A stretch of 20,000 nt of DNA from positions 814,887-834,886 of the forward strand of contig NC_057750.1 in assembly GCF_004010195.1 (NCBI RefSeq). Reading direction: 5' to 3'. The notes below the pieces were generated by a model that did not search any database, was not told the origin of the DNA, and saw only the letters and a list, made by a program, of their open reading frames with translations. A program made the position numbers and the translations under genes. The stretch comes from Chiloscyllium plagiosum. Its lineage: Eukaryota. Of this stretch, positions 12,604 to 20,000 are shown one piece after another (the first letter of the stretch is position 1; every line of letters starts with the position of its first letter).

Positions 12604-13428
12604 AATTTGGAAATTTGGGAAATTTGGCCAATTGGATAGAAAACTGGCTAACCGGTCGAAGTCAGAGAGTGGTGGTAGATGGCAAATATTCAGCCTGGAG
12701 CCCAGTTACAAGTGGAGTTCCGCAGGGATCAGTTCTGGGTCCTCTGCCGTAATTTTTATTAATGACTTGGATGAGGGAGCCGAAGGGTGGGTCAGTAAAN
12801 NNNNNNNNNNNNNNNNNNNNNNNNNNNNNNNNNNNNNNNNNNNNNNNNNNNNNNNNNNNNNNNNNNNNNNNNNNNNNNNNNNNNNNNNNNNNNNNNNNNN
12901 NNNNNNNNNNNNNNNNNNNNNNNNNNNNNNNNNNNNNNNNNNNNNNNNNNNNNNNNNNNNNNNNNNNNNNNNNNNNNNNNNNNNNNNNNNNNNNNNNNNN
13001 NNNNNNNNNNNNNNNNNNNNNNNNNNNNNNNNNNNNNNNNNNNNNNNNNNNNNNNNNNNNNNNNNNNNNNNNNNNNNNNNNNNNNNNNNNNNNNNNNNNN
13101 NNNNNNNNNNNNNNNNNNNNNNNNNNNNNNNNNNNNNNNNNNNNNNNNNNNNNNNNNNNNNNNNNNNNNNNNNNNNNNNNNNNNNNNNNNNNNNNNNNNN
13201 NNNNNNNNNNNNNNNNNNNNNNNNNNNNNNNNNNNNNNNNNNNNNNNNNNNNNNNNNNNNNNNNNNNNNNNNNNNTGCCTGTGGGAGTGGTAGAGTCAGC
13301 ATCTTTGGTGACCTTTAAGCGGCAATTGGATAGGTACATGGATGGGTGCTTAAGCTAGGACAAATGTTCGGCACAACATCGTGGGCCGAAGGGCCTGTTC
13401 TGGGCTGTATTGTTCTATGTTCTATGTT
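12604..13428 (+). mobile_element. CR1 LINE inserted into the Gypsy integrase, spanning an assembly gap
   Basis: VTSGVPQGSVLGPL..IFINDLDEGAEGWVSK before the gap. LPVGVVES..FKRQLD, the 3' UTR and a (tgttcta)n tail after it. CTACA is duplicated at 12599-12603 and 13429-13433, and the integrase frame resumes exactly. Confidence 0.9.
12800..13275. other. Assembly gap (476 N)
   Basis: Run of N. Confidence 1.
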
Positions 13429-13919
13429 CTACAGGGATAGCTCCAGCTGAGTTGCTAATCAAGAGCATACTCCACATCAGGTTAAGTCTTCCCAGACGTG
13501 GGGTGGGGGAGGGTGAAATGGCATCAAGAATGTCAATGCCGGACACAAGACTCCGCCAAGCGAGAGAGACAGTTTACTTCAGGAAACAAAGTTAGGTGTA
13601 AGAATCACAGAAATGGCTCTGTATGGGTAAGAGGCAAGGTCAATGTGAGGTCAGGACTAGTCACATATGAAGTTCAGGCCCATATGGAAGCTGCAAATTC
13701 ACAAACGATGCGCAAAACATGCCTTGTTCCTCAGATCAGTCGAATTAGCTGCCGGAATCTGTAGGATCACCCATTCTGTCAGGCATCGATGTGTCCTCTG
13801 AATCAGAGATAGGTATAGACTCTTAGAATCTTTCTAACATTTCCAACATATGCTGCAGACAGCTTGTGCCTTGTAGAGTTTTTGTTTGGTGCTCATTCTC
13901 TCATCGAACAAATGGAGCT

Positions 13920-14592
13920 CTGTGTCCGGTTTTGGTCACCTTACCTCACTGCCATTGAGGGAGATCAAGAAGGTTCCTCGGACTTGTTCCTGGGATGGTG
14001 GGACTGCCTTATGTAAAGATCCTGGACAAACTACATTGGATTCTCTAGAGATTAAAAGAGTGAGATATGATCTCATTGAAACCTACAAAACTCTTAAAGT
14101 TATAGATAAGGTAGACACATCACATCATTGCTGATGAAGAGTCACCTCGACTCGAAACAGTTGCCTGTTCTCCCTCCGTGGATGTTCCGTGACCCGCTGT
14201 GATCTCCAACATTTGCTGCTTCAGTTCAGACTCCAGCATCTGCAGTAATTTGCTCCTACCTAGCCATAGGTAAGACATTTCCCCCGAATGGGGGAATCTA
14301 GAACCGCTGGCACAATTTTAAACTATGGAGGATGCAAACTGGGATGGAGATGAAAGGAAATGTGTTTGCTCAGAAGTTTGTGAATCTTTGTCATCCTCTG
14401 CCTCAGAGACTGTGGAAGCTCAGTCACTGTGTGTGTTTAAAGCAGAGATTGATATGTTGACGATTATACCGATGACATAACGAGATATGGGAGCAATAGG
14501 GATTGAAGTAGGTGATCAGCCATGGTCATACATAATGGTGGAAGAGGGTGGATGGGCTGAATGGCCTACTCTGCTCTCTGTTACTTGATCTC
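13920..14592 (+). mobile_element. Old CR1 LINE 3' fragment, split by a PLE terminus at about 14116-14264
   Basis: LDSLEIKRVRYDLIETYKTLKVIDKVD, resuming after 14265 with an ESRT..H-like segment. The 3' UTR reads gatgggctgaatggcctactctgctc. Confidence 0.85.
14116..14264 (+). mobile_element. Penelope-like pLTR fragment with a hammerhead motif
   Basis: CTGATGA-A-GAGTC-acctc-GACTC-GAAAC at 14131-14158, followed by the ctccagcatctgcagt motif shared with the other PLE termini in the window. Confidence 0.8.
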
Positions 14593-14913
14593 TATTAAAA
14601 AGACGCCAACCATCCCCTTTCAAAAGATGGGAAGATTGTGGAGCCAATTTTGGGAAGTCGAAAGGACTTCAGCTGGGAATTGTGATCCTGAGGCAATGAA
14701 CAAGATCATTCCTTCACTCAAATGCCTTGAGGGAGCCAATGAGCAAGTTGATCTCAATTTAATTCCTTTTATTTAATTGATCCTCAAACCAAATGAAAAG
14801 GTTTTAGAATTATTAATAAAAAATGCTTCTCTCTAGGGCTGTAATAAACCCCTGTGTATCAAATCCAGGCATAGCAGTCTAGTGATTTAAATACTGAAGC
14901 CTAGTGATTTAAA

Positions 14914-15414
14914 AATGAAGAAGCTCTCTTCCTCCCTCTACATGGATTTCAGTGAGTCCCTCTCTCACTGCACATCCCAGGTCATCTCCTCTGCCCAGAA
15001 GAAACTGCCTAGGAACCCTCCAACCACAAGGGATGAACTCAGATTTCTCCAGTTTCCTCATTTCCCCTCCCCCCACTTTGTCTCAGTCCCAACCCTCGAA
15101 CTCAGCACCACCTTCCTAACCTGCAATCTTCTTCCTGACCTCTCCGCCCCCACCCCCACTCTGACCTATCACCCTCACCTTATCACCCTCACCTTAACCT
15201 CCTTCCACCTATCGCATTTCCAACGCCCCTCCCCCAAGTCCCTCCTCCCTACCTTTTATCTTCGCCAACTTGGCACACTTTCCTCATTCCTGAAGAAGGG
15301 CTCATGCCCAAAACTTTGATTCTCCTGCTCCTTGGATGCTGCCTGACCTGCTGCGCTTTTCCAGCAACACATTTTCAGCTCTGATCTCCAGCATCTGCAG
15401 TCCTCACTTTCTCG
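14914..15414 (+). mobile_element. Internally deleted Penelope-like element with a 12-bp TSD
   Basis: 15009-15119 encodes LGTLQPQGMNSDFSSF...stop, like the C-terminus of the PLE GIY-YIG endonuclease. The pLTR carries a degenerate hammerhead at 15290-15317. TSD tagtgatttaaa at 14902-14913 and 15415-15426. Confidence 0.85.
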
Positions 15415-15719
15415 TAGTGATTTAAATACCATCATAACTAGGAAGCTTTGACTGGATTACTGAGAAGCAGCCACTAACTGACTTTATCCATCAATATTCC
15501 TCAGCTGATTCACTCAAGTCCACACCAATATCCAACAGGATCTTTTGAATTAAACCTAGAATGTTCAACATTCCATCAACATTATATTTATATTTTTGTC
15601 CAAGGGATGTGGGAATTTGACAATAGCGTAGCACTGCACGCTTTGAATTTGTTCCGATTAGATAAGCAAGAGTGAGCCAAACTGAGAAAATCAGGATTTT
15701 CAGGATTCTGAAAGAAATT

Positions 15720-16120
15720 TACCACATCCATTCCCTCCACCACCGACGCTCAGTGGCAGCAGTTTGTGCCATCTGTAAGATGCACCATAGAAATTCATCA
15801 AAGATCCTCAGACAGCCCCTTTCGAACCCAAGACCACTTCCATCTGGAAGGTCAAGGGTAGCAGATACATGGGAACACCAGCTCCTGCACGTTCCCCTCC
15901 AAGCCCCTCACCATCCTGATTTAGAAATATATCAGCGTTCCTTCAGTGTCGCTGAGTCAATCTCCTGGCATTCCCTCCCTGACAATATTTTGGGTGACTA
16001 TTCCAGATGGACTGCAACGGTTCAAGAAGCCAGGTCACCACCTCCTTCTCGAGGGGCAACTAAAGACGGGCAAAAAAACCCTGATCCAGCCAAAAACACT
16101 CACATGAAGGAATTTTAAAA
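15720..16120 (+). mobile_element. 3' end of a CR1/L2-group LINE (ORF2 C-terminus)
   Basis: IHSLHHRRSVAAVCAICKMH...YQRSFSV..SWHSLP has the L..RR...Y/K...RSF...WN.LP pattern of a Jockey-superclade ORF2 end. A second copy is at 3316-3505. Confidence 0.8.
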
Positions 16121-16703
16121 ATGTACAAATATTGATCCAACTACAGTAAACAGTTCTCTGAGATGAGAGGTTCAGTCATAGAAAATACAGTGTAAACATG
16201 AGGAAGGAGAAGAAAAGTTGCTTAGAATGGTTTCCCCCAGTTATGGAGTGAGTTCATGGGGTGGGGGGGGACATCATACCAGACGACTGTGAGGGTAAGG
16301 CAAACAGGATGGACTGTGGTGGGTGAGAGAAGGTGCAACTGAATCTAATGTTACTGAGTAAGTGAGGCAATCCAAATCTGAGCTCCTCCTGCCTGTTCTA
16401 ATTACAAAACAAAGATATGTCCTAATATTAACCCAAATGAATAACACTGGAATCAGTTATTCAGTGTTCTCATTGGCTAAAAATCTCAGTGCAATAAACA
16501 GAAAATGCTAGAGAAACTCTGCAAGTAGGGCAGTGTCTGTGGTAAGAGCAATGATTGGAGTCTGGTACGTATCCTTGTTATCACATGGTCTACCATTACA
16601 CACTACCTATTGTTACGATTCGGAGATGCCGGTGTTGGACTGGGGTGTACAAAGTTAAAAATCACACAACACCAGGTTATAGTCCAACAGGTTTAATTGG
16701 AAG

Positions 16704-16738
16704 CACTAGCTTTCAGAGCGCTGCTCCTTCATCAGGTG
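16704..16738 (-). ncRNA. Minimal type I hammerhead ribozyme motif (PLE type)
   Basis: CAC-CUGAUGA-A-GGAGC-agc-GCUCU-GAA-AGCU-A^GUG. Intact core, stem II with one G-U pair, palindromic stem III. Confidence 0.75.
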
Positions 16739-17229
16739 ATAGTGGAGGGCTCAATCCTAAAACACAGAATTTATAGCAAAAGTTTACAGTGTGATGTAAC
16801 TGAAATTATACATTGAAAAATACCTTGATTGTTTGTTGAGGCTTTCATCTGTTCAAATACCATGATAGTTTCACTTCTTTCATGTGTAAATCACAAAACA
16901 TTTTTTTAAAAGTTGCATTCTCAGGTTAACTGTAACTAGCTAACTGGATTAGTGGTGCTGGAAGAGCACAGCAGTTCAGGCAGCATCCGAGGACAGGCCT
17001 GCTCCTCCAGCACCACTAATCCAGTTAGCTAGTTACAATTAACCTGAGAATGCAACTTTTAAAAAAATGTTTTGTGATTTACACATGAAAGAAGTGAAAC
17101 TATCATGGTATTCGAACAGATGAAAGCCTCAACAAACAATCAAGGTATTTTTCAATGTATAATTTCAGTTACATCACACTGTAAACTTTTGCTATAAATT
17201 CTGTGTTTTAGGATTGTGCCCTCCACTAT

Positions 17230-17264
17230 CACCTGATGAAGGAGCAGCGCTCCGAAAGCTAGTG
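17230..17264 (+). ncRNA. Minimal type I hammerhead ribozyme motif (PLE type)
   Basis: CAC-CUGAUGA-A-GGAGC-agc-GCUCC-GAA-AGCU-A^GUG. Intact core, perfect 5-bp stem II, 3-bp stem I CAC/GUG and a self-complementary AGCU stem III (dimer type). Confidence 0.8.
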
Positions 17265-18112
17265 CTTCCAATTAAACCTGTTGAACTATAACCAGGTGTT
17301 ACGTGATTTTTAACTTTGTACACCTATTGTTAGTCACTAACAGTCTCCACTAACAGCTATTCAGTCTCCCAGCCAGATCATTATCCACTCTTTTGTTCCT
17401 CTCCCTCTTTGGCCCCACCTATCATGTACGCCTCACCTTCTCCCATCCCCCACCCCACCACCACCACCTTATCTTCCGCATATAAACAAACATTTTCCTA
17501 GCTACCATCAGTTCTGAGGAAGGGTCACTGGGCCTGAGATATTAACTCGGATTTTTCTTCGCAGATGCTGCCAGAGCTTTTACAGCTATTTGTGTTTTTG
17601 TTCCTGGTATGACTCCTGTTCTCTTCTGAAATGCTAAACTGTGCCTCTCTCCAGACACTGCCAGACCTGCTGACTTTGTCAAGCACGGTCAGTGATTATT
17701 TTGGATTTCCAGCATCTGCAGTATTTTATGATCTAAGTATGTTCTGCAAATAAATCAACTCATCACCCTAAACAGTGATGCTGATATCATATCTTCAATG
17801 TATTTTCCGTCAGCCCTTCACCTTTTTCACGAGAAAACACAGAATTTTTAATGAGCAGAAGGACCCCTGTTCTCCCTTAATAGAAACGTTCCTGTTTTAT
17901 TAAAGCTATTTTGATGGACTCTTGCTGAGGGAGCAATATCATACTAACATTTACAATCTGTCTGCAGTAAGAAGTCACTAAAATCGAAAGATTGGAGTTA
18001 AATAATATATGAAATCAGTGCAGAAAATGCATCACCAAACGTACAGCTCCATCTCAGCTTCTTGTATTTATATTACTAAGTAACAAGGCCAGAGTGAATT
18101 GAAAATTCCTAC

Positions 18113-18353
18113 ATGGTATCTCCCACTGCTATTATCTGGGAGTGCATCTCTTCAGAAGTCAAAGGACTGATGGCAAAGGCCAAAGCTGATAAATCATACA
18201 AGCTGTCATTTTGTTCTAAGTGAGATAAAGTGGTGAAGATAGAAACTGTCAGCTGGATGGTGTGGCTGAGAACCTTCCCCATGCTTCCTGTCCCCACTCT
18301 GCACCATCCATTCCTTGCGTCACTGCAACCAAAGAAAGCTTGTCCTTTCATGC
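18113..18353 (-). CDS. Candidate internal exon of an unidentified gene (speculative)
   Basis: Strong acceptor tctttatcctttttgcctcag|G and weaker donor AT|gtagga. The 241 bp are open in phase 1 to phase 2 (MKGQAFFGCSDARNGWCRVG...VGDT). No homology recognised. Confidence 0.25.
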
Positions 18354-19848
18354 CTGAGGCAAAAAGGATAAAGATCTGTTTGGGGCCGTGTGCATTCTCA
18401 CCCGTTATCCCTCGCAAAGGTCAAGGATGACAGGCAAAGCTGAGAAAATGGACCATTATTGATTTGAAGCAGCTGACAGCATTAAACTGCCTTTTGTCAG
18501 TGGCTGCACCATATTAATCAACTTTACTGATCTGACAGACGAGGCAACGGTTTCAGACAGCTCCCTCTAGGTATCGAAAGCTTTCTCCTGCTAAAGATTG
18601 ATTCCCAAGATCAGACCCTCTGCTGGAGATTGTTGGACACTCTGCGACTTCCTGCCAGAGGAAGGTGTTTGAGATTTGTAGATTGAGTAAACTGAGTCTG
18701 TGCTACTTTGTGTGAATGGTAATTCTGTGTTAAGGAACATAGTAAAGAATACAACATGGTGACCAGCGGTGACATTCCCTCAACTAAGAAAGCAGGGAAG
18801 CATATTTGAAAACTACAGGAAAGAGTCCCAAATGGGTACTACGGCAGGACAGAAGTTACATCTGCACCAGGATTTCAGAAAAGACAAAGATCGTAACACA
18901 AAGGGTGTTGGATAAACAGTGAGGACTTGGTGTGGGGCCTGACCAAACAGATCACCCAGACAGACAACAGGTTGGTTCTGAATAAAGCTCTGGAAACTGC
19001 AGGGCCATTCAGATGGTCCTGGGCAAAAATAAAAACACCCACCAGGAACAGAGCTCTGTTGAAATCAGCAGAGGAGAGAATTTAACAAACAAAAGAAGCC
19101 CAGGAGCTGAACTGAGGAACCTCCAGGTGGAGCAGACTCACATTTACAAAAGGCCTGATGTACAGAGCGCAGAGCGGACCATTCATTACAGTCTGGCTTC
19201 GGGACCAGCAACCGTAACTTTTCAAAAAGTAGACAACGTGAGATCCATGGGGACTCGCAAAGGGATAAAATCACAATATCAACACACTGCTAAATGATGG
19301 GCCGAAAAATTCAAATCCATTGCAGTTGGCCGACAAGGTCAATGAGAATTCCGTGTTGATTCCAGTCGTGGTTCAACAGCCTGGGATCAAAACAAACACG
19401 TTGTGAGGGGAAGGCAGCCTGACCTGAGTTGGACACTCCAACACCCAGCCCACTCACCCACACAAGGAATCTGGCTCCAGAGACACCAATAGCCCATGCT
19501 CTGGATTGGGCCTGAGAGCTGGTTTAGGAGCTGCGGGTGTTCCTGAGGCGGAAATCAGGTGAACATGCCAAAGCAGCAGCCATGATGAGGGCAGGCAGCA
19601 GCAGACTGGCCAAGGGAGGTGTATATATTCCTCTGTTAACGACAACTTCCCAGTTTATCTCTCGTATGAGGTTGTCAATTTTACGGGGACTGAGGCTGCT
19701 CACCAATCCAGTGGGAGATTGGAAACTCTGTATTAACAGGATCGACAGTGTCGCACCCCTCTGTTACAAATCAGGCATTGGTGGTAGCTGCAGAGATATT
19801 TTCACACATTTCCTGCTAGGTATGGGGAGCTCTCATAGGGGAGCACAG

Positions 19849-20000
19849 TAAATACTGACAAAACCTCTACCTCTCCCACAGGCACCCTATAAATACTGAC
19901 ACACTCCCCCTCCCGGGAACCCCCTTGTAAATACTGACACACTCCCCCTCCCCCCCCGGGGACCCCCCTGTAAATACTGACACACTCCCCCTCCCCCTCC
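19849..20000. repeat. Minisatellite of about 40 bp (taaatactgacacactccccctccc...), running off the window end
   Basis: taaatactgaca recurs at 19849, 19890, 19928 and 19971 (periods 41, 38 and 43). Confidence 0.92.

Larger units (their letters stand above)
10036..13790 (+). mobile_element. Decayed Gypsy/Ty3 gag-pol internal region (gag, RT, RNase H, integrase), pseudogenised
   Basis: gag start MPLFGKLDSVNPASKDWAQYVE at 10036. RT motifs LCGDFK, FTKLDMSHACLQL..QYMRLPF and IYFNDILITG (degenerate YxDD). RNase H motifs YASRTL..AE.KY.QIEKEG and DHKPLL. Integrase motifs ELHQGHPGVSKMK..WPGL and APYHPSSNGLAER..TTPHTTT|GIAPAELL. The RT-RH-IN order is the Gypsy order. Many stops and frameshifts, and no 3' LTR found. 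Confidence 0.93.
16616..17324. mobile_element. Inner layer: palindromic Penelope-derived element (325-bp inverted arms, 31-nt spacer, 11-bp TSD)
   Basis: Arms 16644-16968 and 17000-17324 are reverse complements, with about 9 mismatches by manual count. TSD acctattgtta at 16605-16615 and 17322-17332. Confidence 0.92.
16568..17603 (+). mobile_element. Middle layer: PLE 3' end/pLTR with a degenerate hammerhead, split by the palindromic element
   Basis: CTGAGGA-A-GGGTC-actg-GGCCT-GAGATATT at 17514-17543 with stem I agtt/aact, then cagatgctgccaga. Possible TSD ctggta at 16562-16567 and 17604-17609. Confidence 0.7.
16490..17725. mobile_element. Outer, oldest layer: inverted pair of PLE pLTR remnants (16490-16567 minus, 17604-17725 plus)
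   Basis: aaacagaaaatgctagagaaactctgcaagtagggcagtgtctg is inverted relative to cagacactgccagacctgctgactttgtcaagca...ttccagcatctgcagta. Removing the inner inserts restores the hairpin ggagtc-tggtat-gactcc, a hammerhead stem II. Confidence 0.55.

Noticed and set aside
12632..13358. ORFs of about 200 aa spanning X runs
   Set aside because: Produced by translating through the N gap.
16644..17324. DNA transposon or MITE with long TIRs
   Set aside because: The arms are PLE pLTR sequence with hammerheads. The ends are asymmetric, with an extra 28 bp on the left inside the TSD, unlike cut-and-paste TIR elements.
19080..19350. Possible ancient L2/CR1 RT relic on the minus strand (GVPQGS.LG.LLF-like at about 19085-19125)
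   Set aside because: Needs several indels to read, and the spacing to a candidate ADDT motif does not fit. Not supportable without an HMM search.
18813..19851. Plus-strand ORFs 19013-19297 and 19537-19851 as genes
   Set aside because: Short, with no recognisable domains and no supporting splice or start context.

Overview
Eukaryotic, repeat-dominated vertebrate DNA, most likely from a cartilaginous fish (shark). The taxon is inferred from an HE1/V-SINE-type SINE, CR1 LINEs with short-repeat tails and Penelope-like termini. I recognise no intact protein-coding gene. Contents in order: a CA/TA-rich low-complexity tract with a 592-bp tandem duplication; several CR1-group LINE fragments; a V-SINE; a decayed Gypsy/Ty3 LTR retrotransposon (5' LTR, PBS, gag, RT, RNase H, integrase) carrying two later insertions and a 476-N assembly gap; several Penelope-like element (PLE) termini with minimal hammerhead ribozyme motifs; and a terminal minisatellite. 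The most striking structure is at 16.5-17.7 kb. It is a three-layer nest of PLE-derived elements whose core is a TSD-flanked palindrome (325-bp arms, about 97% identical, 31-nt spacer) with a hammerhead motif of intact core on each strand. A speculative chain of minus-strand exon-like segments with compatible phases is also noted.
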